Shown in pieces: positions 39,834-54,609 of a stretch of DNA of 59,541 bases (position 1 is its first letter; the number at the start of each line of letters is the position of its first letter). The translations under genes and the position numbers were made by a program. The DNA lies in contig JAUZTB010000064.1 of assembly GCA_034780895.1 (NCBI GenBank), forward strand, positions 98,424,107-98,483,647, written 5' to 3'. Under the pieces are notes generated by a model, which saw nothing but the letters and a program-made list of their open reading frames with translations, ran no database searches and was not told where the DNA came from. The DNA comes from Rhynchobatus australiae. Lineage: Eukaryota.

Positions 39834-40500
39834 CCTTCGTGTAACAGAAGTTGCCTCTCAAGTTCCTATTAAATCTTTCACCTCTCACCTTAAACCTATT
39901 CCCTCAACCATGGGAAAAAGACTGAATGTATTCACCCTATCTATGCCCTTCATGATTGTATACACCTCTAAAAGATCACCTCTCAGTCTCTTTCACTCCA
40001 ATGAATAAAACCCCAGCCGATCCAACTTCTCCCTATAACTCAGTCGTACAAGTCTTGGCAACATCCTTGTAAATCTTTTCTGCACCTTTAATTTAATAAC
40101 ATCTTTTAATAATATCTTTCCTATTGCAGGGCCACCAAAACTGAACACAATACTCCAAGTGTGGCCTTACCAGCGTCCTGTGCAACTGCACCATGACCTC
40201 CCAATTTTTATACTCAGTGCCCTGAATTATGAAGGCCAGCGTGTCAAAAACCTTCTTCATCTCCCTGTCTACTTGTTACTTCACTTTCACTGAACAATGT
40301 ACTTGTACCCCAAGGTCTCTCTGTTCCACAAAACTCCACAGGGCCCTGTTCAATGTAGGAGTCCTACCTGGATTTGACTTTCCAAACTGCAACACCTTGC
40401 ACTTATCTGAATTAAACTCCATTTGCCATTCCTCGCCCTACTTACTCCAGAACCCCCTGTAATTTTTGATAAACTTCATTGTCCACTATACCACCTATTT
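39834..40500 (-). mobile_element. CR1 LINE 3' fragment
   Basis: Minus strand LVRPHLEYCVQFWWP and RLRGDLLEVYTIMKGIDRV, plus MRGERFNRNLRGNF. Confidence 0.8.
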
Positions 40501-40504
40501 TAGC

Positions 40505-41850
40505 TTTTCGAGGTGGCTTTAACAATATCTTTGAATCTCTTTCTCTGTCCAGCTGGCAATCTCTTGCCATTGTAGAGCTTGAAATAGAGTACCTGCTTCA
40601 GGAGTCCGTATTGGGCATGTAAACATTATAGCCTCACCACTGGAGTTGAATGAGTGTAAATTGGGCCCCAATGCTTAGATTTCTCTTTGAGCAGACCGTA
40701 TCCCTGCTGGCATTCTAACACACGGCAGAGGAAATTCTGTCAAAAATTCACAACCTTATCTCCCACATCTGGGAGGACATGCCAAGAGACCCTGCTTCAG
40801 GAGTCTGGTTTCAGATATGGGATCAATGTGGGCGGCCCACTGAGCTGAGTGAGTTCAGCTGGTGCTGGGAATGTTACCTTGGGAGAGGACGCAGCCATTT
40901 GCTTATTCTGCCCAAAGATTTGAACGGTTTGTGGAAACTGCATTGTTATATCTCTCCTGCATTGTGATGCCTGCTCTAGGTAGTTTGAGTTTTCTATACG
41001 TTGCCCAGTAGACCATGAATTTGTGCCTGGTATGAAGTCTTGATCTTCAAGCATTCGTATCCCAGATATCCAAAGGCCGTGAAAGTGCTCTGAAGGAAGC
41101 AGTAAATTTCATCATCCATGCCTGCCTCACTGAGAGATGATTCCCAATATATGAGAACATGAGATATGAAAATTTTTAAAGAGTCTCATCACGATCTTTA
41201 TTGTTGGAGCCTGGTGCTGATCAGTAAAGTACCCTATTTATAGCTGCTTAGTGTAAGGCTCATTCTCTCGTATGTTCAATCACTGTAGTTGGGATGACCT
41301 TGGTTCTGGAATGGACGCAATGTAGGTGAAAGAGCGTCCCAATCATTCTGCTGATTAGCCACTCCAATGGAAAGCTTGTTGGAGGTGAAGTTCAGCATTG
41401 CGGCAAGAAAAAGTTTGACCAAGGACCAAACCTTGCTCGACACCAGTCTGCACTGACATTGTATTCGCTGTGGACCCATTAGTTAAGATCACAACCTGCA
41501 TGCCATCAAGTAGCAGACATAAGAGATTGTTGTTGTCAGCAACATTTGAGAAGGATGGTATCTAGTCCTTCTTGATTGACACTGAAGCTTTATGATCAAA
41601 AAGGCCATGTACAGTGGTCGATGATGCTTTTTTTCTTGGAATTTCTGTGTGATAAAGACTGCTGCTGGGGGCAGCTCTGTGGTCGCTGGGAGGAGGTGAC
41701 TGAGAATGATTCCCTGTGGCAGAAAGAAGAGGGGCCACACCATAGTTATATTTCTTGAAGGTGTTCGTGATTAGTACTTCTAGGATTCCCTGCCAGGTCC
41801 TCTTCCCAGACATGGGAGGTGAGGTTGTGAATTGGTGACGAAAGATCCCC
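40505..41850 (-). mobile_element. RTE (BovB-like) LINE remnants, probably two nested or tandem copies
   Basis: Minus-strand fragments VFITQKFQEKKHHRPLYMAF, QTGVEQG, FSYIGNHLS, DDEIYCFLQSTFTAFG, EDQDFIPGT and NGKRLPAGQRKRFKDIVKAT. The LLKQ block occurs twice (about 40590 and 40795). Confidence 0.7.
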
Positions 41851-43914
41851 TCTGCTAAGTTTTAAAGTTCAAGCAGGGATACCGTCGTTCCCTAGTTCAC
41901 CATTCTCCCAGTAACATGAAGTTACTGCCAGTACACGATTGTGCCAGTCGACTGATTATGGGCAATCGCAATATTATGGCATCAATGCCAATCTATTATT
42001 AAACCAACCAACAGCTTTGGGTACCAAGATTTCATGTTCCGTAGGAATACTTACCCTTAAATAGACCACGTTGCCTTTTGATTTTCCATCGGATTAGATC
42101 ATGGCTCTACTAAAAATCAGAGGTCCTAAGTACACTCNNNNNNNNNNNNNNNNNNNNNNNNNNNNNNNNNNNNNNNNNNNNNNNNNNNNCACAACAGGGA
42201 GTGGGGGCATGTGGTGGGAGGCAGTGAGTCCTATTGCTGTCACCCTTGTAGACATAGATCTGAATGCACTACCTGAATGAGCAGTGTGAAAAGATTCAAT
42301 CCTGCCTTTCAGAAAGAGTTGGATAAGTACCAAAACGGGGGGGAAAAAAAGTATTCCAGTTCTACGGGCAAAAAGGAACTAACCAGATTATTATTTTAAA
42401 ATATGATAGCGACTGAATTCGGCTAATGCCTTTCTACGACGCTGTAACAATTCTGTGATTCTTACCTGGTTGGAGCCAGAAAAAGCCCAGGTGTGTGAAA
42501 AAGAATGCTTCATTTAGTAATAGACGTGCTCTGACTGGACGGGAAATGAAATGCCACCCGTTGGTGGACGGCGAAAGATATGTAAGGTGACAGATGGAGC
42601 TGGAATACATGCAGGATGGTCAGTACACTCCACGTGATCATGTAAGGGAACTGATGCGGGGAAATTGACAGAAAGACTTCTTTTCAGAAGAGAACATTTC
42701 GGTGCAAGCAACGCGATTAAACGGTCTTGCAGGATTTGTTTTTGCTTTTAAATGGTGGGTGTGTTATTTGGACGCAAGCATTTAAACATTATGTCCTGTA
42801 TACATGCCTCTCACTTTGTGAGACAAAGGGTTTTCATGTGTTACAACGAACTGTAAAATTGACCCACAAAAATGGTGAAATTGTTTGCGTGATTGCGTGT
42901 GGTGGGGCGGGAAGGACATCTCCTGGCAAAACAACTGGATCTGAACTTGAGTCTAATTGGATTGGAATGTCACAGTATTGGTATTGGCTCATGGACAAGT
43001 AAATGAACTTAATATTAAGTCATTTTAACTACACCGGAGAAGAATGCAATTTAAATGAATGCACAGTTATTAGAAGGTTTTTGATGTTACACACGTCTAC
43101 CGCACTTACTCCAAAAAGCAAAATGCTGAAGTTCGCCACCCGTTTAAGCAAATGATTAGATTGAGATTACACATTGAGTATTGTTGGGAAGACCAAAATC
43201 AAATGAACAATTGATACCTTTCATCCGTAATTGGTAGGACTTGACATACCAGCCGGATGCTACCATCATATTTTTTTTAAAAAATGAGGATATTTGGATG
43301 TAACCCTGAAGAGCTAAGGAGCAATTCTATCTCGTCCATGGGCTGTTACTAAATTTGTCACTCGATAGAATTTGATCCGATCACCATTTAAGGGAATAAT
43401 ATATCATTATAATTTTCAATTAAAGCAGAATTAAACTTCATACTTATTGTTTTCTTAATTGTTACNNNNCGGAGAAAGAAAAACGTGACAGTTCCTAATT
43501 GCAATTAAAACGAAGTAACTGCAGCTGTAGAGTAAAAGAACATTGTTTGAATATTCCAGTAAAGGAAATACTTTTTTTTCGAAATATTCTTCGAATTTAC
43601 TTTTGTTTTGAAAGAACAAGCCTAGCAATGGAAACCAATGCAATATGAGGATTTGAATTAAGAATACGAGGACCAAAAGCGCAGACTGATCTGTAATTTG
43701 GATTGCTTATCACCAAGTATATGATGTAAAAGGGGGCAGTGTGGGCAAATTATAGAATTACACACTCAGCTTAGTGGAAGAACTCTGGGACTTTCTGGAA
43801 AGACCCGGCGGCCGTTGCTGAGTCAGCAGATAAAAGGCTAGGGTTCAAATTATACCTACAAGTTTCCGAAGAATGACGAGGAGGGCGTTTATAAATCATA
43901 GCGCACCACAACTA

Positions 43915-43990
43915 ATGGATAGTTCATGGCTGGCGCGGACTCGGTGGGCCGTAGGACCTATTTCTGTGCGGTATCTCTCTATGACTCTAA
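43915..43990 (+). mobile_element. CR1 3' tail
   Basis: ggactcggtgggccgtaggacctatttctgtgcggtatctctctatgactcta. Confidence 0.6.
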
Positions 43991-44742
43991 TTGATCTCTA
44001 CAATATGCACCCAAATGGACTTTATTGCTAAATTAGGTTATTAGTTCAATTGCAAGTTAAGTAGCATTGCTGATCTTATAATTGGAAAGTATGTCATATA
44101 TTTCCTTTTGGTTAATCAAGTATGGTGACTGCCATTTCGATTATTGCTCAAGTTAACAGCAGCAGAAATGTACAGAAGTGCCTTTACCTGGGAGGTCCAA
44201 ACTTTGAATGGACGGAGAACAAGAATCACTTCCACCAGATTATCAGCTGCTGTAGAAGCACTAGTTATCCAGCCTAAAATCAACACAAAACGTATCACTG
44301 TTTTAACAAGGCATAAAAATATTCTTAAACATCCTTTCAAAGATTGGCCAAATGTTTATTTCAGACAGAATCTTTCCCGACATCCCTGCCAAAAGGCTAC
44401 CTATTCGACTGAAACATGAAAATGCCAGGCATTGCACACAAAAGGGAGAGAAAAAAACATGGTTAAGTTAGCTTTATTTTGGCATGCCATCGGCAGAGAA
44501 TATGTGTTCGATTGATGCCAAAGTTACAAAATAGTGCCAAAATCTATCAGTAAAAAACATATCCTGCTAGATGCTACTGTTTTGGAAAGAAGCAGCTTGC
44601 GAGGTTGATATTCCAATAATTTAGTTAATTAAATAATTTAGTTGCCATGTCATATGACTGTTGACTCCGCTGTAAGGATAGGGTAGAGAGGATCAAATAA
44701 AACGATAATGTTGAAAAACAGACAGGGCTTTAATTTTTTATC

Positions 44743-46041
44743 TTTATTTATTGTACATTTGAAATGACAGCATCGCTATTTGCATAAGTCCTACGAAACT
44801 CTTGTATAAAACATTGTGTTTAAATGTCAAACTTAGGAATGTATTTATGTGAATTATTGGCCTAACTGAAGAACATCTGACAACCAGATCTCTGAGTTGA
44901 GATTGCATAAACCATAACTTGGAAAACGTGGGGAATGTACGTACTGAAATAATTGCTGTGCTTTTCAATACATTTATTTTCATCTTTTTGCTTCTATGCT
45001 ACTGTAATGTTGTAATGATGACAAAACGTGACTTTATTCACCGGGACATTTCAGAGACATTACCGAATTGCAGGATGACTGTCTCCAGGTACCACCAGTG
45101 TATTGATCACAAAGATTCCGTTTTCAACTGATGGGTTGCATTTAGGTTTAGTATTACATTGACCATATGCTTGAGCAATCGGATTTTTTCTTTCATTTCA
45201 CAATCTGGAAACATACTGTTTAGGTTATGCCAAGTAAATGTGTTTTGAGTAAACAAGATCTGAAAACCCACGCATATTGTAATTAAATGTTATTTCCGAA
45301 ATAATATAAATATTGTATACTATTGATGTTGAAGTATCATATTTCGAATGTTACTCGCATCTATATTTACTAATTACACCCGGGAAGAGGTGACGGAGAC
45401 ATCGCATTTCAAACTTTCAACAGATCAGGAATGATTTATTCTGTTCGCAGTTTATATTTTCAGTCTTATATCTGAACCCTATCTCTCTCATTTTTTTTCT
45501 GATCGCATGCACACCGTATCTTAAAACGAATACAATACGATATAAAAATCGTACATATCATGTAACCATAAACATTCACAGGTTTTGTACTTCTTAACAG
45601 CGATCTTAATCACAGTAATATTACAATAAAGGGAAAATCTGCTCATACTTCAGATATTTTTGCAATTTCTACTTGGTTATAAACAATTTAATGTTGCCCT
45701 TAACAAGACAAGCAACCTGGGTTATTACGGGTAAAAGTCACATGCAGTTTTAAACACGTGGAGCTCGACTTTGAAAAATGGTTGGTCTTTACCAGTGATA
45801 ATTCAGGAATATCGAAAAGCACAGCGATGATTTTAGTACGTACATTCCTCACGTTTTCCAAGTTATGATTTATGCAATCTCAACTCAGAGATCTGGTTGT
45901 CAGGTGTTCTTCATACCGTTAAGCAATAATTCACATAAATACACTAAGTCCAATGTTTTTATACAANNNNNNNNNNNTACAAGAGTTTCGTAGGACTTAT
46001 GCAAATAGCGATGCTGTCAATTCAAATGTACAATAAGTAAA
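44743..46041. repeat. Long inverted repeat: arms 44743-44970 and 45810-46041, spacer about 840 bp
   Basis: For example tgacaaccagatctctgagttgagattgcataaa (left) versus tttatgcaatctcaactcagagatctggttgtca (right), and tgacagcatcgctatttgcataagtcctacgaaactcttgta versus its exact reverse complement. Confidence 0.92.
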
Positions 46042-46895
46042 CAGAAAACATATTAAGTCAAGTAACACAACTAATAAGTTAATTTGTTGCAATCATATTC
46101 CCGTGTTATTTTCCCTTAGATATTGTTCAGTTTCTTTTATTAATCGAAGTATCAGCATTATAACCCATTACAATTTGATACACGAGTCAGTAACTTACAA
46201 ATATAAAAGATTTCGTGCTTGTTTCTTAGAATCAGCGTCATATATTGAATTGTAATGATCCTGGATGAATACAAAACAAAATCCACAAGGACGCCGAGTT
46301 AAGCTGACATTTGCAGTAACTGGCCGCCCTTTGAACCGAGCATGATCGGGCTTAAAACTACAAGGCAACAACAATGAGAGGGAGTTTAAAACCGATTACT
46401 AGATAAAATACACAGTAAGAGGCGACTTCACGGTAAATGTACAGTCAAGTTCAACTTACTTCATGCAAGGTTGCGCAATTATCCCTCAGTAAATTATTCT
46501 GCACATGTTTTAAATTGGATGGCGCTGCTGAACAGACAATGTGGATACGCTTCATTCAACATTTTTTAACGCAACCGTGGCTCCAAAAGAAAGAAAGGAC
46601 CTCAGTTTCGCCGGCGGGCAGAGTGCAAAATCACATTTAATTTTACTGGAATAATGAAGATTTCGAATAGATAAAACAAACTAATGCTAAATCGAAAGTA
46701 ACGATTACTAACCGACTCTGTGAACGAATGATCATTTTGGCAAAACTGCCCAGCCTTGGCCCAGAGCCAACATCACTGAATTCCCTCCCGCTGTAAGTCA
46801 GTCACCACACCGTCTTACTTGTCAGCTCAGCATTGAATGATCNNNNNNNNNNNNNNNNNNNNNNNNNNNNNNNNNNNNNNNNNNNNNNNNNNNNN

Positions 46896-47016
46896 CTGTG
46901 TATGTGTGTGGGTGTATATCTGTGTGTGTGTCTATGAGAGTGTATATCTGTGTGTGTCTGTGTATGAGGGTGTATATCTGTGTGTGTGTATATCTGTGTG
47001 TGTGAGGGTGTATATC

Positions 47017-47047
<31 letters not shown>

Positions 47048-47060
47048 ATGTGTATGTGTG
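46896..47060. repeat. Compound (TG)n / gtgtatatctgtgtgt repeat
   Basis: Seen directly; abuts an N gap. Confidence 0.95.
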
Positions 47061-47259
47061 CTGAGTGGAGAGGGTCATTGGTGTTGAGGGGTGGGAGTGG
47101 GGGGGGAAGGTGGGGAGAAAGCATAGAGGAGGGGTGGTGGGGAACTAACAGGAAGTTAATCCCCAGTGTTACCCAATTGGAAATGGTATCAGGTCGGCAG
47201 AAGCTGCCCCCCCCCCACACACACACACACCTCGCTGTGTGGAATGCCAGACCCAGATC

Positions 47260-47730
47260 CGCATTCTGATTTGTGATTTGTTTCCTAATTGACCTAAATA
47301 AAGCCCCTGACTGACAAGCCTCTGTGGCCTCGGGCACACGGAACGAAACAGAGCAATGAAATCATTGCAAGCAATTCCCTTATTTTCTTGAGTAATCCCA
47401 TTTGCCATTGTGCCCGTCCAATCCGTGGTATATTCTTTGCATGTTAAGCATTTAACTCGCCTGACATTTTAATTTCATCATTACCATTCACAACCTCCCC
47501 CCTCCCCCCTTCCTCTTTCTCCTCACTGACTGGCGCCGAATGAACGATGTGTTCGTGCTCATGTTTTTCGGAGGGAGAGCAGTTTGGTCGGTGTTGCTTC
47601 TAGGCGCGGTTTGCTATGATCTCTCGGAGAATCGGCCTCCAGCCAGAAGAAGCGTCCGTCCCTGTTATCTAACCGAAAACAAAGGGCGACTGCTTGGTCT
47701 TGAACACCTCCATTCACCTCCACGGATACC
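47260..47730 (+). promoter_or_regulatory. Putative Hmx1 proximal promoter and 5' UTR
   Basis: Non-repetitive and CpG-containing, directly upstream of the ATG. CCAAT at 47418-47422, pyrimidine tract at about 47494-47522, several TAAT/TGAC motifs. TSS cannot be fixed from sequence. Confidence 0.5.
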
Positions 47731-48025
47731 ATGCCGGAGAAAGTGACGGAAGCTCAGAGCACGCCGCCCGCCAAGGTGTCTTCGTTTTTTATAGAGAATC
47801 TACTGAGAAGTAATGCAAAAGGAAAACAGACGGACAGAACGGTGGAGAACGCGGAAGAAGTCGTCCCCAGACCAAACTGTTTCCACAACGGAACGGCTGG
47901 CAACCATTGCAACCAAGACTGCTGTCAGATATCCGGCCAGGACTTCTGTGCGCAGACCTACCCACTCAGGGGAAGCACGTTACAGTGGTACGCTCAAGCA
48001 CAGCCGAGATGTCCCAGTCCAGACA
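47731..48025 (+). CDS. hmx1: Hmx1-like (NK5/H6 family) homeobox transcription factor, coding exon 1
   Basis: ATG in good context (gataccATGc). Translation MPEKVTEAQSTPPAKVSSFFIENLL... contains the eh1/TN Groucho-binding motif SSFFIENLL typical of the Hmx1 N-terminus. Ends at donor ACA|GTAAGT (phase 1), compatible with exon 2. Confidence 0.9.
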
Positions 48026-49823
<1,798 letters not shown>

Positions 49824-50366
49824 AAATGACCATTCAATCGGAAGACCCTACATTAAAGCTGAAAGTAACAGTCCGATGAAACAAAAAAGAAAATTAAGCA
49901 AAAGACTTGTCCAACTCCAGCTTTTTGTTTTGCCTCATTTTTTATTGGTACAGATGTGCAATAAGTTACGTTGAGGTGTTATTACTGCAGAACCGAAGAG
50001 GAAAATTGTTTTTCTACATCCTAAGTAATGACCATAATGTGGTCTCCGCATTCACTGCTTCGATGGCGTAATATTCTACCATGGCCACGGAGAACAACAC
50101 ATACACCCGCACCCATACACTAAACTTTATATGCAACTTCGATAAAGTTCATTTGCTTACACAATATATTGCTGTGCTAAAACGTTAGATATTTTATACT
50201 CATAGGTCTTGCTAGAATGAGCATAAGAGGACAGCAGTGCAAGTTCAAAGTGCTCAATGGGATTTTAGTACCTTTAATCATTAGTTACTGGGAACTCTTG
50301 TTGATTTTTTTCTTTTAACTCTTTGTAGCTAACCATCCTTGCATTATCAGAGTATACAATTATTGC

Positions 50367-50372
50367 AATAAA
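50367..50372 (+). promoter_or_regulatory. Candidate Hmx1 polyadenylation signal
   Basis: AATAAA about 545 nt after the stop with GU-rich sequence (cttgtgtttg) downstream. Further AATAAA hexamers lie more distally. Confidence 0.35.
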
Positions 50373-52414
50373 CCCTGGCTAACTCCTACAAAACCCAAGC
50401 AATCTTGTGTTTGAATCATAGTATAATTGCGATTAATTTTATATTGATAAATTTATTATTTGGTTTGCTACAGAACAAGCTATCAGGCGCACTAAATACT
50501 GACGCGCATTCTGGAACTATTCTTCTCGTTTTATTTTGCATTGTAATTTTAGATTAACCCTTTACTTTTAGATATAACAGTCTTACGGAAATTTCCGCGT
50601 GAGTTATTATTCTCTCTTCAAGACATAATAAATGCTTCTTCTCATATAACGCGATAAGCAAATAATCTTACTTTTTAGACACGATCTTAAAATAATTTCT
50701 GACAAACCAATGCCGAGTTTCGACTATGTAACATTCTTGATATTGAGTATTCTACCACGGAACCTGCACTTTGTACTTGAGTCTGAAGGTATTAACACCT
50801 TATTTTGCCAAATCATTTAACTGGAACAGCATATTCTCAGTTAGATATATCTATGCTGCTATACACTGAAGACTAACGGGGGAACTGTCTCAAAAATGTC
50901 TTAGTCAGGACATTCTGTTCCAGGTTTTATTGTGAAAATGTAAAACAAGAGGAGTTTTTATACGAATTATATAGTTACCATATAGGTATCTTCAATAAAC
51001 ATCATCGAAGCATGACATAAAACGCGATATCAGTTGCAATTGGTTTATAGTTTCCCTGATTAATAGTGGTCAATAATTGTTCTTCAATGAATCACACTGA
51101 ACCGAATGAATTTCGATTTTTTGAAAGCTCTTGTGAAAAGCTGTTACTTGTTCGTTATCCTTCGTTTGCAATTTGTAGACTCAACTTTACCGGAGCTTAT
51201 GCGTTGTCATAAGATTTCTGAAATAAGCACGTTAAACTAAAATTTGCATAATTTGCATCCTACCCAGGATGACTGTCGGGGTTCCCCATGTGTTTCAGCT
51301 AGTATGGACTACCACTCATCAAAAACTTAATTCGTACACCGACAATTCACTGCATCTGAGACATGAAACTGCCACGAGTCACGACATTAATTGCGATGCT
51401 TGCAACACTTTAAATTTGGAATCGAAATTATGTTCGATACAAAAATATCATGGCAATTAATTTATTCTTAGAATGTTTGAAACATATCAATGATGTAAAT
51501 GAAGTAGAAATAACAATGGTCTAAATTTAACATTTCTAGAAATTAAAACACTCCAGGATACACGAAAAGATGGTGATTTTGTGCCACCGACACTTTTTAT
51601 TTCGAACACCAGGCTGTCCCAACAAAAAGCCTGTAAGTGACCTAGTCCCCAAGTGCATGTTTGACATACGAAATATAATTAGAGGTTGGATATATGGGAA
51701 GAATAGTAATATTTGGTAAATCAGCCCAAAGCTTCACACCTTCAACTAAGCAACACTAAACGAATTTTAGGTTACCAAACCTGTTATGGAATTATTAAAT
51801 TGCAAAAAAAAAGTAAACGACGTTTGCTCCGTTTAACTTTTATGCAGTTTGATATTCGTGTGATTCTACAGACAACTAGATTTTTTTATCTGCATTTATG
51901 ACTATTCAGGGGTAAAAGGTGTTGATTTACCTAGGTCGAATATGGGCCGCCTACACATCCCAGACTTGGTGTAAAAGGGCGATACTGAGTACACAGATGG
52001 AATGGTAGTTTGTTTTCCGAGCATGCGATTGAAGACTCGCAGTTTGACTATTTGCAGAGGAGTGAACTGAAAGGGTTACTGACTCCTATTGTAAAATGAC
52101 ATCAGTCCAGCAGGAACCTAGAACATAATAATTCAGAGGCACACGGGTTTAACATGCAACCCATCATTTGTTAATGAGTTAGCACGTGTAAGACCAGGTA
52201 CACGATCTTTATTTAGTGATGGTGTTAGTAATAAATTAGTGTTAGTGTCATAAATCTATTACACCATTATCACCTTGCGCTGACTGATTTTCATTGCCTC
52301 CAACTTAAGCAACACATTTTAAGAAAATAATTATTTTCGAAACTCATTTTAGCTTTGCCATTCCCTGTCCCTGTTAGCTACTCCCATTTCATAATCCTGC
52401 ATGATATCTGCATC

Positions 52415-52925
52415 CCTGGAGGGTGATAAACACAGCTCAGTCCATCACAGGTTCGTCACTTCCTTCTATCCAGTCCATCTTCATGGTCCGTTGCTTCAGG
52501 AAGGCTAGTAGTATCGTCAAGGATACTTGCCACCCTGGTCATTCCCTTTTCTCTTTTCCTCCTTCTGGGAGAAGATACAGGAGCTTGAAAGCCTGGACGT
52601 CCAGACTTAAGAACAGCTTCTTCCCTACTAGTATCAGGCTTCTGAACAGATCACTTCTTTCACATCCCCTTCCCAGCGGGACTGCCACGTTCCTGTACTC
52701 TTAACTCTACTTCTCTCACTTACTCTGTTATTGTCACTTTTGCATTTTTTTGTGCTCCTTTAGATTCCATTACAATCTTTGCACCATTTGGCTGTTGTGT
52801 GCTTGCTGATGTATTTATTGTTATGTATTATTACTGTGTATGCTTTTCAGTCTGTGAGCTTCATGTGAGCAAGGAATTTCAATGCATCCTGGTAGATACG
52901 ACAATAAACTAATCTAATCTAATCC
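52415..52925 (+). mobile_element. Rex1-type LINE 3' end
   Basis: INTAQSITGSSLPSIQSIF..RCFRKASSIVKDTCHPGHSLFSFPPSGRRYRSLKAWTSRLKNSFFPTSIRLLN; tail gacaataaactaatctaatctaatc. Confidence 0.85.
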
Positions 52926-52930
52926 TCCAG

Positions 52931-53240
52931 GCAGGCACAGTAGTGTAGCAGTTAGCATAATGCTATGACAGTGCCAGCAACGTGGGTTCAATTCCGGCTG
53001 CTGTCTGTAAGGAGTTTGTACGTTCTTCCCGTGTCTACGTGGGTTTCTCCAGGTGCTCCAGTTTCCTCCCACATTCCAAAGATGTATGGGTTAGGAAGTT
53101 GTGGGCATGCTATGTTGGCGCTGNNNNNNNNNNNNNNNNNNNNNNNNNNNNNNNNNNNNNNNNNNNNNNNNNNNNNNNNNNNNNNNNNNNNNNNNNNNNN
53201 NNNNNNNNNNNNNNNNNNNNNNNAAAGATATATAAATAAA
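52931..53240 (+). mobile_element. tRNA-derived V-SINE
   Basis: caggcacagtagtgtagcagttagc...gggttcaattcc...ggagtttgtacgttcttcccgtgtctacgtgggtttctcc. Homologous to 25590-25879; the 3' part lies in the gap. Confidence 0.85.
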
Positions 53241-53392
53241 AGGCAACATATAATCTAAAACAAAAACATATTGGAAGGATACGACAGACTAGATATCCTC
53301 TTTGGGGTGGAGAATAAAGGAGTCTTCGTCATTGGCTGGCAAATAAGACGCACTATTAATTAATAAAGTGGGACATCTCTCTCCTTCCCTTG

Positions 53393-53452
<60 letters not shown>
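53393..53452. repeat. (CT)n microsatellite
   Basis: Seen directly. Confidence 0.95.
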
Positions 53453-53455
<3 letters not shown>

Positions 53456-54609
53456 CTNNNNNNNNNNGGAAAGTCTGGAGAAAAGAGGAGGAATTTAGTA
53501 AGATATTTATGTACCATGTTCTTAACTATTTACTACTCTACAAATTCAGAGAACAAGTTATTAGCTCAAATTTGTCAAATATACAACTCTTTTGCATTTC
53601 AACTGAATACAAATACAGTACAACAATTGGCCTGATACAGTCTTGATTAAAGCTGCAATGATGTAAACATTTTCCAATTAATCTCCGAAATTCCAGTTGG
53701 TAACCATATAAAACCTAATAGCTCGGCTTACTGCTATGTGCAACAAATAACGATTTCACTATTAAATGCCATAATACACGTACAGATCAAAACAGTAAAA
53801 CACATTTGGTGTAAAGACTAAATAGGGCGAGCCTTGTAGTAGCAAATTAACCGAAAATATAAATGACAAACTTTTATTTTCAATGATTTAGAATTGTGTT
53901 CACATTTTCACTTCAAGTTTTGAAATGCATACAAAGTGGCTGATCTGCACAGCTGTTTGGAAGGTCATTCGTATAAACGACTAAAACTACTAATTTATAA
54001 GACGTGTTCAGACATTTTGGCAAGTTTGCAACGAGTAACCGAGAATGCAGTTTTTTTTTCTCTCTGTGTAGCCAGCAATTTAACTGTTTGGTACAATACT
54101 GTATAACCAAATTCATGCACAATTATATACACTTGACAAAAGTTAGCTTTGGGCGTCAATTTTAATGTATTCAGCTTCATGGTCCAAACTTTAGAAAGCC
54201 ATTAGAATATGCGATTAACTGAAATTCAGCTACAATGCAAGACTTCATGTTCTTGCACCAAAAAAAATCAAACTTAAATTGACAACAAGCCAAACGAAGT
54301 TTATATTCGCACAGTATACTAACACTATCCCCATCTCTTGACCGCCCCCGACCCCCAAACCCAGCTGACGCGGAATGAATGAAAGGAGATTTGATCGTGA
54401 ACAAAAAAAAAGCTAAGATTTTGTGTTTAATTCCATTTGTGTACACACAACAAGCTGATTGAAAACTTGATTCAAATTCTGGTCGCTGTGGAATTGCGAT
54501 GGTGACATTCCAAGTTACAAAATCCTTTGTTAACAACTTTTGGTGCTCGGTCTCCGACGAGTTGTTTATACAGAACAATAATGGCCTCCGGTTGTAACAT
54601 TTCACTGTT

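Noticed and set aside
52931-53005. tRNA-like sequence (also 25805-25879)
   Set aside because: SINE head followed by a V-domain; not a functional tRNA gene.
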